NCBI GenBank assembly: GCA_965662175.1
Contig: CBFIGT010000017.1
Span: 1 to 28,753 of the forward strand
DNA: 28,753 bases
Reading direction: 5' to 3'
From: Arcobacter sp.
GTDB taxonomy: Bacteria > Campylobacterota > Campylobacteria > Campylobacterales > Arcobacteraceae
Each line of letters begins with the position of its first letter. Position 1 is the stretch's first letter. The notes below the pieces were generated by a model. The model was not told where the DNA came from, made no database searches, and saw only the letters and a list, made by a program, of their open reading frames with translations. Below are positions 10,792 through 20,059 of this stretch, piece by piece. The position numbers and the translations under genes were made by a program.

Positions 10792-11678
10792 TATTTTATC
10801 ACCTCATAATTTTTAATTGCATCTTCTAAAAGTTTCATATTCTCAGCACTTGGTGCTGTAAGTGGAAGTCTGTACTCTAAAGTATCAATAAGCCCAGCTA
10901 AATACATCGCTGCTTTGATAGGAATTGGATTGCTTTCACAAAATAAAACTTTATTTAAAGGATATAATTCATTATTTATATCTCTTGCAGTGTTATAATC
11001 ACCATCAAAAACTGCTTGTACTAATTTACTTTTGTAGTTTGGTAATAAATTTGCTGTTACAGAGATAATTCCTTTTGCTCCATTTGCAAGCATAGGAAAA
11101 TCAATAGCATCATCACCTGAAACAACACAAAAATCAGCTCTTTTTGCATTTAATTCAATAGCTCTTTCTAAACTTCCCGTTGCCTCTTTTATTGCATAGA
11201 TATTTTTTATATCATCAAAAAGTCTAATTGCTGTATCAGCTTCAATATCAACACCTGTTCGCCCAGGAACATTATATAACATAACAGGAATTTCAACAGA
11301 TTGTGCGATTGCTTTATAGTGTTCATAAAGTCCATCTTGCATAGGTTTATTATAGTATGGTGCAACAGATAATATTCCATCTGCCCCAACACTTTGTGCA
11401 TGTTGTGCTATATCACAAGCTTCGTGAGTTGCATTTGAACCAGCACCTGCTATAACTTTTACTCCAGTTCCTTTACAAACAGCAACAGCTATTTCAATAC
11501 ACTCTTTGTGTTCACTATGAGAAAGAGTTGCACTTTCACCTGTAGTACCAACAGGAACAACAGCATTTATTCCTTGTTCAATTTGTCTTTTGATTAACTT
11601 TTCATAACAGTTTGTATCAAGTTTTCCATTTTTAAATGGAGTAATAAGTGCTGTCATCGATCCGGTGATTATATTCAT
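10791..11678 (-). CDS. dapA: 4-hydroxy-tetrahydrodipicolinate synthase
   Basis: GTTGES, APYYNKP, YNVPGRTG, IKEATG and NPIPIK motifs. Confidence 0.97.
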   Translation of the reverse strand: MNIITGSMTALITPFKNGKLDTNCYEKLIKRQIEQGINAVVPVGTTGESATLSHSEHKECIEIAVAVCKGTGVKVIAGAGSNATHEACDIAQHAQSVGADGILSVAPYYNKPMQDGLYEHYKAIAQSVEIPVMLYNVPGRTGVDIEADTAIRLFDDIKNIYAIKEATGSLERAIELNAKRADFCVVSGDDAIDFPMLANGAKGIISVTANLLPNYKSKLVQAVFDGDYNTARDINNELYPLNKVLFCESNPIPIKAAMYLAGLIDTLEYRLPLTAPSAENMKLLEDAIKNYEVIK

Positions 11679-11691
11679 TATTTTCCTTTTC

Positions 11692-13008
11692 CTAATTATC
11701 TTTTTTTAAAATCAATGTTGTTGAATTATCTTTTTGTAAATATTTATTTGCAACTTCCACAATATCTTCTACTTTAAGGTTTTTTATGTTTTCTTCATAT
11801 GAAAAAAGAGGTTCAATATTATCTCTTACAAAATAACTTCCATATAAAGAAGCTACTGAGCTTGAGCTTTCAAGTGAGAAAATAAAATCAGCTTTTGTAT
11901 TGATTTTAACTTTTTCTAACTCTTCTTTTAAAATATTTCCTTTTTTTATGTCGCTTATTATACTTAAAATCTCTTTTTCAACATCTTTAGCTTTAACACC
12001 CTCATTACAAACAGCTACAAATAAAAATAGACCCGGGTCAAGAAGTTCCATATTATAGCCATATACAGAGTTTACTAATCTTTTTTCATCTACAAGTTTT
12101 TTTTGTAAAATTGAACTTTTTCCAGAACTTAAAAGCTCACTTAGTGCTGAAAGTGCAATTTGATCTTTGTGTTCAAAGTTTGGAATATGATAAGAGATTG
12201 CTAACATTTCAACTTGAGAATCTTTTTTTACTATTGCTCTTTTAGCTCCATCTTGTTTTGGTTCTACCATATGAACAGATGCTGGAATCTCTTTTTTATT
12301 TTTTATTTTATTAAAATGCTTTTTAACAGCTTTAAAAACTTCCTCTTTTTTTATATCTCCAGCTACAACAACAATTGCATTTTTTGCTTGATAATATGTG
12401 CTATGAAAATCTTTAATATCCTCAATTGTCCAATTTTTTATATCACTCATAAAACCAATTGGAGTCCAGTGATATGGATGATAAATATAAGCATTGTTAA
12501 ATAGTCTAAACTGTAAATATCCCATAGGATTATTATCAGTTCTCCAACGTCTCTCTTCAGCTACAACGTCACGCTCAGGTTGAAACTCTTTATCTTTTAG
12601 AGTTAGGTTTTCCATTAAATCAGCAAACAACTCTAGTGATTTATTCATATTTTTTGAGCTTGATTTGATATAGTAATGTGTATAATCAAAAGATGTTGAA
12701 GCATTATTAACTCCACCAAAACCTTTTACTATCTCATCAAATTCACCAGCTTTTAGATTTTTTGTAGATTTAAAGTTTAAGTGTTCAAGCATATGTGCAA
12801 TTCCACTTTTCCCCATAATCTCATTTCTACTTCCAACTTTGTAAAAAATATCTGTTGATACTACATTTGAACCATTATCCATAGGAATAGCTACAATTTG
12901 TAAACCATTTTCTAAAGTTTCTGTATAATATTTTGGTAAGCTATTACTCATCAATTCTCCAATAAATATAAATAAAAGTGAGAATTGAACTAAAAACAAT
13001 TTAATCAC
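11692..13008 (-). CDS. M16-family zinc peptidase
   Basis: Inverted zinc motif HMLEH, GGVNNASTSFD, ERDVVAEERR. Start is either GTG 13008 (signal-like N-terminus) or ATG 12951. Confidence 0.92.
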   Translation of the reverse strand: MIKLFLVQFSLLFIFIGELMSNSLPKYYTETLENGLQIVAIPMDNGSNVVSTDIFYKVGSRNEIMGKSGIAHMLEHLNFKSTKNLKAGEFDEIVKGFGGVNNASTSFDYTHYYIKSSSKNMNKSLELFADLMENLTLKDKEFQPERDVVAEERRWRTDNNPMGYLQFRLFNNAYIYHPYHWTPIGFMSDIKNWTIEDIKDFHSTYYQAKNAIVVVAGDIKKEEVFKAVKKHFNKIKNKKEIPASVHMVEPKQDGAKRAIVKKDSQVEMLAISYHIPNFEHKDQIALSALSELLSSGKSSILQKKLVDEKRLVNSVYGYNMELLDPGLFLFVAVCNEGVKAKDVEKEILSIISDIKKGNILKEELEKVKINTKADFIFSLESSSSVASLYGSYFVRDNIEPLFSYEENIKNLKVEDIVEVANKYLQKDNSTTLILKKDN

Positions 13009-13023
13009 TTTTTTTCCTTTTTT

Positions 13024-14088
13024 TTATTTTAAATCTGAACCAATTGCTTCAGATATGTTTTTAAAACCATCTTTTTCAAGAAGTTCTAAAATTCCTTTGT
13101 TTATTTTTCTAACCATTGCAGGACCCTCAAAAATAAGTCCTGAGTAAACTTGAACTAAAGAAGCCCCAGCTTTTATTCTTCTATAAGCATCAGCTGCATC
13201 TAAAATTCCACCCACAGATATAAGAACTGTTTTTCCATATAACTCTTTTGCTATTTCTTTAAAAAGCTCATATGATTTTTCAGATAAAATTGCTCCACTT
13301 AGTCCACCAAAATCTTGGCAACCAGGAAGTAAATCATAATCAATAGTTGTATTAGTTGCAATAATACCAGCAGCACCTGCTTTTACAGCTGTTTTACATA
13401 AATCAATAGCAACTTGAGCTTCCATATCAGGGGCAATTTTTAGAAAAATTGGTTTAGCTGTTAACTCTTTTGCCATAGTAAAAAGCTCTGTAATAAACTT
13501 TTCATTTTGTAAATCTCTTAGATTTGGCGTGTTTGGACTTGAAATATTTATAACAATATAGTCACTAATATCTTTGAATTTATTGATTAAAACTCTATAA
13601 TCACTAAGTGCCATATCTTCAGGTGTAGTCTTGTTTTTTCCTATATTTGCACCAATAGGAATAGCATAAGGAAAAACTTTTCTTAAGTTTTTAGCAACAT
13701 CATATGCACCTTTGTTGTTAAATCCCATAGCATTTTGTACTGTTTTTTGTTCAGGATATCTAAACATTCTAGGTTTTGGATTTCCATCTTGAGCTCTTGG
13801 AGTCATAGTTCCAATCTCTGTAAAACCAAAACCTAAGGCCATCATAGATTCAATCATAGTAGCATTTTTATCAAAACCAGCTGCTAGTCCTACTGGATTT
13901 TTAAAACTTATTCCTAAAATATCTTGTGATAATCTATAATCTAAAATAAAGTTTTTATTAACCATATAGTTGTTTAATGTTCTGCAATAAGGTAGTTTTG
14001 TTAATCCAAACTCAGCAATATTATGTGCTGTTTCAGGTTCAAATCTAAATAGTATTTTTTTAAGTGTGTTATAGCTAAACAAGTTCAT
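13024..14088 (-). CDS. pyrD: Quinone-dependent dihydroorotate dehydrogenase
   Basis: NPVGLAAGFDK, NISSPNTPNLR, KIAPD, TNTT and GGLSG motifs. Confidence 0.96.
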   Translation of the reverse strand: MNLFSYNTLKKILFRFEPETAHNIAEFGLTKLPYCRTLNNYMVNKNFILDYRLSQDILGISFKNPVGLAAGFDKNATMIESMMALGFGFTEIGTMTPRAQDGNPKPRMFRYPEQKTVQNAMGFNNKGAYDVAKNLRKVFPYAIPIGANIGKNKTTPEDMALSDYRVLINKFKDISDYIVINISSPNTPNLRDLQNEKFITELFTMAKELTAKPIFLKIAPDMEAQVAIDLCKTAVKAGAAGIIATNTTIDYDLLPGCQDFGGLSGAILSEKSYELFKEIAKELYGKTVLISVGGILDAADAYRRIKAGASLVQVYSGLIFEGPAMVRKINKGILELLEKDGFKNISEAIGSDLK

Positions 14089-14108
14089 TTTCCTTTTTTT
14101 AATCTATT

Positions 14109-14120
14109 ATTTTATCTAAA
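14109..14120 (-). promoter_or_regulatory. Putative sigma70 -10 region (TTTAGA-TAAAAT) for pyrD and downstream genes
   Basis: Minus strand reads TTTAGATAAAAT 20 nt upstream of the pyrD ATG, with an AAGG RBS between. Confidence 0.55.
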
Positions 14121-14140
14121 TTTATGTAAATATTTCTTAA

Positions 14141-15850
14141 TTAAATATTTGCAAGATTATGAAGTCTTTTATATTCATTACAATTTTCAATAAGCTCTTT
14201 TTCGCTTCCTTGACAAACTATCTCTCCATCTCTAAATACGGCAATTCTATTTGCACTTTTTATTGTACTTAATCTATGTGCTATTATAAATGTAATTTTG
14301 TCAGCACTAACTTCATCAATAACTTCTGAAATAATTGATTCACTCTCATTATCAAGTGCTGATGTTGCTTCATCCAAAATAAGTATTTGAGGTTTTTTAT
14401 ATAAAGCTCTTGCAATTGCAATTCTTTGTCTTTGACCTCCACTTAAGTTTGTACCAAACTCATCAAGTTTTGTATTTATTCCATTTTCTAAAGAGTTTAC
14501 AAAGTTTAAAGCATGGGCTTGTTTAAGTGCATCTATAACTCTTTGTTCATCTATTTCTTGTCCATAAGCTACATTTGCAGCTATTGTGTCATTGAAGATA
14601 TATACTCTTTGGGTTACTATAGAAATTTGTTCTCTTAGAGATTTTATATCTATGTTTTTTATTGATTTATCATTAAAAAGTATTTCACCATTACTTATTT
14701 CATAAAATCTAATTATAAGATTTACAAGTGAAGATTTTCCACCACCACTATCACCAACAAGGGCTATTTTTTCACCCCTTGAGGCTTTTAGGTTAATATT
14801 TTTTAAAGCTGTAAAATCATCATATTTTAGTTGGGCATTTTTAAACTCAATTGTTTCAATATTATCAGGAAACTTATCATTTCCAGTGATTATTGTAGAT
14901 TTTGTATTAAAAACCTCATTTACTCTCTCATTTGCTGCTAAGGCATCTTGCATTTGATTATATAATGAAGATAATCTTTTAATAGGAGTGTAAAGCATAA
15001 AAAGTGCTGTCATAAATGAGAAAAAAGAACCAACACTTAACTCTCCACTAATAACTTTTGAACCACCCACAATAATAACAGCAGCCACAGCCACAGCACC
15101 TAGTGTCTCCATAATAGGTGAAACCAGTTCATTTGTTTTTACAGATTTAATATTTATTTGAAAAAAGTTTTTATTATGTTTTTCAAACTTTTCAGACTCA
15201 ATTTTTTCAGTAGAGTTTGCTTTTATTATCTCAATATTATTAAAAGTTTCACTTAAATGTGTTGTAATATCAGCATTTGATTGTTGTGATCTAAAAGATA
15301 GTTTTTTCATCTTTTTAGCTAATACTGTAAGTGGATAAATAGCTAGGGGAAGTACTACTAAACCATAAAATGCTAACTCAGCACTTTGATAAATAGTAAC
15401 AGCAATTAAAGCTATGATTGTCAAAGTCTCTCTAATAAACTCAGCAATTTGGCTTGAAACAGCTGATTGAATTCTATTAATATCATTTGTAATACGAGAG
15501 ATTAACTCTCCACCATGTTTTTTTTGAAAAAAATCAATATCTAAGGTTAAAACATGGCTTAAAAGTTTGTCTCTAACTTTTCTAATAATATCTTGACCAA
15601 TATAAGAGATATAATAAGCTTGAATATATCGTCCAAAACCCTTTGCAAAATATAAAGCAACTACCATAAATGGAAGTATTTGAAGCATTTGTTCATCTTT
15701 TGCAATAAAAATTTCATCTAATAAGGGTTTTATAACATATGCACTACCACTAGTACCACCTGCCACTAAAGCCATACCAATAAAGGCATAAAAAAATTTT
15801 AATTTATAATCTTTGTAGTAGGGTATATATTGTTTGAAAAAGGCTTTCAT
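14141..15850 (-). CDS. msbA: Lipid A/LOS flippase-type ABC transporter (permease plus ATPase)
   Basis: Transmembrane domain, Walker A GDSGGGKS, LSGGQRQR signature, Walker B ILDEATSALD; position between murJ and pyrD. Confidence 0.88.
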   Translation of the reverse strand: MKAFFKQYIPYYKDYKLKFFYAFIGMALVAGGTSGSAYVIKPLLDEIFIAKDEQMLQILPFMVVALYFAKGFGRYIQAYYISYIGQDIIRKVRDKLLSHVLTLDIDFFQKKHGGELISRITNDINRIQSAVSSQIAEFIRETLTIIALIAVTIYQSAELAFYGLVVLPLAIYPLTVLAKKMKKLSFRSQQSNADITTHLSETFNNIEIIKANSTEKIESEKFEKHNKNFFQINIKSVKTNELVSPIMETLGAVAVAAVIIVGGSKVISGELSVGSFFSFMTALFMLYTPIKRLSSLYNQMQDALAANERVNEVFNTKSTIITGNDKFPDNIETIEFKNAQLKYDDFTALKNINLKASRGEKIALVGDSGGGKSSLVNLIIRFYEISNGEILFNDKSIKNIDIKSLREQISIVTQRVYIFNDTIAANVAYGQEIDEQRVIDALKQAHALNFVNSLENGINTKLDEFGTNLSGGQRQRIAIARALYKKPQILILDEATSALDNESESIISEVIDEVSADKITFIIAHRLSTIKSANRIAVFRDGEIVCQGSEKELIENCNEYKRLHNLANI

Positions 15851-15882
15851 TAAAATCCTGAAGTTTTATCTAATAAGCAATG

Positions 15883-15894
15883 ATTATATCTAAA
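15883..15894 (-). promoter_or_regulatory. Putative sigma70 -10 region (TTTAGA-TATAAT) for msbA
   Basis: Minus strand TTTAGATATAAT in the 68-bp murJ-msbA gap. Confidence 0.6.
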
Positions 15895-15918
15895 ATTTTT
15901 AATAAGAAGATAAAATCA

Positions 15919-17220
15919 CTATTTACTTAAAAGTAGAGTTTTAAATTTTTGAAAACCAAAGGCTTTTATTGTTAGGAAAAATAGAATAAATCCACTTAAT
16001 GTAGAAGCAAAAGCTAATCCAGCTGCACCAAAATTTGTTATAAAAGCAAGTGAAAAAACTATATTCCAAGCTAAAGCTTTCATAGATATTTTAGCAGCTA
16101 AAAATTGCTGTTCATGTGAATATAACCAAAGAGAGAATATTTTAGCAATACCAAAAGGAATAAGTCCAATTAAATACATAGATAAAATAAGTGCTGTATT
16201 TTTTGTATCCTCACTTGTAAAAGCTCCCCGTTCAAATAAAAGTTCTACAATCTCTTTATCAAAAATTATACCAACAAGCGCAGAAACAAAGAGCAAAGCA
16301 GAGAGTATAAATGTTGATTTTTTCATAAGTCTTAGTGCTTTATTTTCCTCTTTGTTTTTAATTGCACGTGCAATCATTGGAAAAAGTGCAATTGATGTAG
16401 CTATGGCAAAAAGTGCCAAAGGTAGTTGAAAAACTCTATTTGCATAATATAAATATGAGATAGAACCACTAACTAAAAATGAAGCTAACCAAGTATCTAA
16501 AAATGCAGATAAATGGGCAGTTGAACTTCCCATTGTGGCACTTGCAAAGTTTTTGTAAAATTTATTCTCTTTTATTTTCATTTGTTTAAAAGTAAATATT
16601 TTTAATAAATTTTTACTTTTAATAGCCATTAGATGAACTATAACTTGTAAAATACCACCTGCTATTACACCATAAGACATATAATATGTTATCTCATATT
16701 TTTCCATATCTTTTGAGATAATAAGAGCTGCTATTATTGCTAAGTTTAGTAGGGCTGTTGAAAAAGCTGTTGTTGCAAAGTGTCTTTTATATTGTAAAAG
16801 TGCAGCCATAAAAGTTACTACAAATATCAAAGGTAAATAGTAAAAATTAATAGCAACTAAAGGTGCAGCTAAATCAATAGTAGCCTCATCAAAACCTATG
16901 GCAATAATTTGAGTAACTAGTTTTGAAAAAAGAGTAACTAAAAGAGAAATAAATAAAATCAAAGCCAAAAACTGTAAAAATATTGCACTTGAAAATCTTA
17001 TTTTTTGTCTAGTTTTAGCATAAGCTGGAATAAAAGCTTGAGTAAAAGCACCCTCAGCAAATATCCTTCTAAATAAATTTGGTAGTTTAAAAGCTACAAA
17101 AAATATATCTGAATAGATATTTGCCCCTAAAATAGAGGCTGTCAAAAGGTCTCTAACAAATCCTAAAACTCTTGAAACTAAAATCCCACTACTATTTGTA
17201 AAAATAGATTTAATCAACAT
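15919..17220 (-). CDS. murJ: Lipid II flippase MurJ (MviN)
   Basis: SRVLGFVRD, F.LPNLFRRIFAEGAF, YYANRVFQLPL and LFERGAF motifs. Confidence 0.95.
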   Translation of the reverse strand: MLIKSIFTNSSGILVSRVLGFVRDLLTASILGANIYSDIFFVAFKLPNLFRRIFAEGAFTQAFIPAYAKTRQKIRFSSAIFLQFLALILFISLLVTLFSKLVTQIIAIGFDEATIDLAAPLVAINFYYLPLIFVVTFMAALLQYKRHFATTAFSTALLNLAIIAALIISKDMEKYEITYYMSYGVIAGGILQVIVHLMAIKSKNLLKIFTFKQMKIKENKFYKNFASATMGSSTAHLSAFLDTWLASFLVSGSISYLYYANRVFQLPLALFAIATSIALFPMIARAIKNKEENKALRLMKKSTFILSALLFVSALVGIIFDKEIVELLFERGAFTSEDTKNTALILSMYLIGLIPFGIAKIFSLWLYSHEQQFLAAKISMKALAWNIVFSLAFITNFGAAGLAFASTLSGFILFFLTIKAFGFQKFKTLLLSK

Positions 17221-18763
17221 ATTTAAAATCGCTTTGTTTATAAATTATTATTTGTGGTTTTGATTTATAAAAACCTAAATGAGCATTTATTATATTTATT
17301 TTTTGCCCATTTCTTGGTAAAAGTTCTCTGTTTTTAGAATAAACTTTTATTTTCTTTTTTTGATTTTTAAATATATAGTGAAAATAGTTATCAATCATCT
17401 CACCATTTAAATTTGTTATTATCTCATTTTGATAGTTTATATCTTGAATATCAAATTTTCTTCCATCTAAATAGAGTTCTTCAATATTTATACTATTTTT
17501 ATTTTCATTTAAAATATTAAAATCTACTATTTCTAAAAGACCGTTGAAATTTTTTACTCTATTTACTTCTAGCTTATACTCTTTGTTTAGCTCTAATTCA
17601 TCTACATTTTTATAGATTAAAATTGCTCTATTATCTTTTTGTTTTGCTATTGCTATCTCTTTTGTTTTATAGATAATTACTACATTTGAGATATTAATTG
17701 GTAGTTTTATATCATTATACTTATATATTTCACTTATATTACTAGCTATTTGTTTGATTGGCTCTATATTTTTACTTGTAGAAAAAGTGGCATATATTGG
17801 TAAATGGTCAGAAAAACCTGAGTTTTTATGTTTAGCATTTGAGATTTGCCATCTATTTATTTTGCCATTTTTTATTAAATATTCTGTTTTAAAAACATTA
17901 AAACTATTATTTACATAGTTGATTTTTTCATTATCAAACATTGCTTTTGGAACTATTATATTATCAGGAGTCTCTTTTTCATTTTTATATTTGTATGAAA
18001 ATCTATCATGATAGTTTAAGTCCAACCAAAGATTATAGTGAGAGTTTTCACTAGCTTTTAAAATCTCACTTTTTTTGATAAACTCTTCATTTATTGAGGT
18101 TTTTAAAATATGATTAACACCGGTTATTCCATAAGTGTTGTTAAATTTAGAGTATTTAAATGTTTCAAGTTCGTTGTAGTTTGAGTTTAAGTCACCCAAA
18201 ATAATATAATCATCTTCACTATTTAATTTTTTTATATCATTTTCTAAAGCTTGAGCGTAAAGTACTCTTTGGTTTTCATTATTTCTTTTTGAAGGCCAGT
18301 GATTATTATAAATTATTAGCTCTTGATTATCAACAACTATTGTAACTTTTAAAATAGGACGATTTACTTTTGAGTGTTTTACATGAAGTAGTTCAACTTT
18401 TTTTATTTCATAAATAGATAAAAGAGATAATCCAATACTAGATGAGTCATATTTTTTAAAAGTATGATATTTGTATTTTTTTAAGTTTTTTACTAAATAT
18501 GAAAATGCCTCTTGTGATTCTATCTCTTGAAGAGCAACAATATCTTTATCCATGTCATTAATAACTCTTAAGATATTGTTTAATTTTGTATTAAAAGTAG
18601 TTTCATTCCAGTTTGATTTTGAATTTGGAATATACTCTTTATACTCTGTTTTATCATGCTTTAAATCAAAAAAGTTCTCAACATTATAACTTGCAACACT
18701 AAACTCTTTTGCAAAAATTGATGTAAAAAGAATTGGTAAAAATAATAGGATTTTTCTGTTCAT
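17210..18763 (-). CDS. Secreted endonuclease/exonuclease/phosphatase (DNase I-like fold) with C-terminal extension
   Basis: Signal peptide; SYNVENFFD, DIVALQEIE, NHWPSK, ILGDLN and SDHLPI catalytic motifs; about 185 extra C-terminal residues. Confidence 0.88.
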   Translation of the reverse strand: MNRKILLFLPILFTSIFAKEFSVASYNVENFFDLKHDKTEYKEYIPNSKSNWNETTFNTKLNNILRVINDMDKDIVALQEIESQEAFSYLVKNLKKYKYHTFKKYDSSSIGLSLLSIYEIKKVELLHVKHSKVNRPILKVTIVVDNQELIIYNNHWPSKRNNENQRVLYAQALENDIKKLNSEDDYIILGDLNSNYNELETFKYSKFNNTYGITGVNHILKTSINEEFIKKSEILKASENSHYNLWLDLNYHDRFSYKYKNEKETPDNIIVPKAMFDNEKINYVNNSFNVFKTEYLIKNGKINRWQISNAKHKNSGFSDHLPIYATFSTSKNIEPIKQIASNISEIYKYNDIKLPINISNVVIIYKTKEIAIAKQKDNRAILIYKNVDELELNKEYKLEVNRVKNFNGLLEIVDFNILNENKNSINIEELYLDGRKFDIQDINYQNEIITNLNGEMIDNYFHYIFKNQKKKIKVYSKNRELLPRNGQKINIINAHLGFYKSKPQIIIYKQSDFKYVD

Positions 18764-18777
18764 TCGGAATTATATAG

Positions 18778-18810
18778 TTTTGTAGGTTAATAAGATTTTA
18801 ACCTACAAAA
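18778..18810. terminator. Perfect 13-bp stem-loop just downstream of the rubrerythrin gene (atypical terminator or RNA-stabilising hairpin)
   Basis: TTTTGTAGGTTAA (18778-18790), 7-nt loop, TTAACCTACAAAA (18798-18810). No U-tract follows on either strand. Confidence 0.55.
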
Positions 18811-18815
18811 ACTAA

Positions 18816-19469
18816 TTATTTTTTAGAGTTAAGTCTCATTTGGTATTCTTGAGGATGTTTACAAACTGGGCAAACTTTTAGGGCTTTTTTACCTCTATGC
18901 ACATGTCCACAAACTTCACAAATCCACTCTTCTTCTTCATCTTCACTTATATGTTCAGCACCTGAATCAAGTCTTTGTTTTAAGTTTTTATACATATTTT
19001 CATGTTCGATTTCGATTTTTCCAATCATTTCAAGCATTTTAGAAATAGATTTATGACCCTCATCCTTTGCAACTTTTGCAAAATCAGGATACATAGTTAC
19101 ATTTTCATAGTTTTCACCATCAATTGCGTATTGTAAGTTTTCACTTGTATTTCCAAACTCTTTATCATAATTTAAAACATTATATGCTTTTAACTCTAGT
19201 TTAGCGTGCATTTTTTCATTATTTGCTGCTCTTTGAAAATGCTCAGCTATATCTCTATAACCCTCTTTTTGAGCTATTTTTGCAAAATATTCATATTTAT
19301 TTCTAGCCATAGATTCACCTGCGAATGCTTTCATAAGAACAACTGATGTTAAATCAGTAGTTATACACTCCATCTCTTGACCACAGCAGTGTAATTTCCC
19401 ACCACCTACATTAGTAACTTCAACTTCATTTCCACATACATTACACTTATAACTTTCGTGTTGTCTCAT
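18816..19469 (-). CDS. Desulforubrerythrin (desulforedoxin + di-iron rubrerythrin + rubredoxin domains)
   Basis: N-terminal CNVCGN...CCG, AFAGESMARNKY, two ExxH motifs (EKMH, EIEH), C-terminal CEVCG...CPVC. Confidence 0.9.
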   Translation of the reverse strand: MRQHESYKCNVCGNEVEVTNVGGGKLHCCGQEMECITTDLTSVVLMKAFAGESMARNKYEYFAKIAQKEGYRDIAEHFQRAANNEKMHAKLELKAYNVLNYDKEFGNTSENLQYAIDGENYENVTMYPDFAKVAKDEGHKSISKMLEMIGKIEIEHENMYKNLKQRLDSGAEHISEDEEEEWICEVCGHVHRGKKALKVCPVCKHPQEYQMRLNSKK

Positions 19470-19547
19470 CTCTTTTTCCTTTTCTATATTGGATAATTTT
19501 TTTCCTTTGATAATTATAATCGCTAGAAACTTAATTTAAGATAATGA

Positions 19548-19569
19548 AAAGATAATAATTATTATCTTT
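19548..19569. promoter_or_regulatory. Fur/PerR-box-like operator
   Basis: Perfect 22-bp palindrome AAAGATAATAATTATTATCTTT between the divergent rubrerythrin and perR genes; further GATAAT hexamers at 19492, 19509 and 19540. Confidence 0.75.
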
Positions 19570-19654
19570 AACTAATACTTATCCTTATTATACTATGATT
19601 CCCTTAATAAGTTAAATAGGCAAAGCCTATTTTTTAAAAAAAGAGGAGGCAAAC

Positions 19655-20059
19655 ATGGAAAACTCAACACTATTATTAAAAGAGTTTAATTTAAAAGTGA
19701 CACCTCAAAGAGTAGCTATAGTTGATGAGCTTTATTATAGAGGACATATTAATATAGATGATTTATATTCTAGTATGTTAAAAAAGTTCCCATCTATTTC
19801 TTTAGCAACAATTTACAAAAATGTAAATTCGATGGTAGAGAAGTTTTTTATATCTGAAGTTAAGATACCAAATGAAAAATCTGTTTATGAACTTGTAAAA
19901 GAAGAACATTCTCATTTAGTTTGTGAGTCTTGTAAAAATATAGAGGATGTAATTATAGATACTTCAAGTGTCTTAAAAGAGTTAAGTTCAATAAGTAATT
20001 TTTCTGTAAATAACACAAATGTAGTTTTTACAGGATTATGTAAAGAGTGTTCAAAATAG
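19655..20059 (+). CDS. perR: Fur-family regulator, PerR-like
   Basis: LKVTPQR, PSISLATIYKN, HSHLVCESC and C-terminal CKEC; divergent from rubrerythrin. Confidence 0.82.
   Translation: MENSTLLLKEFNLKVTPQRVAIVDELYYRGHINIDDLYSSMLKKFPSISLATIYKNVNSMVEKFFISEVKIPNEKSVYELVKEEHSHLVCESCKNIEDVIIDTSSVLKELSSISNFSVNNTNVVFTGLCKECSK

Noticed and set aside
11207..12504. ORFs 11207-11401 and 12214-12504
   Set aside because: Out-of-frame or antisense ORFs nested in dapA and the M16 peptidase gene.
13005..13030. Long T/A homopolymers as phase-variable tracts
   Set aside because: Such runs are common in this genome; no long G/C tracts or frameshifted genes were seen.
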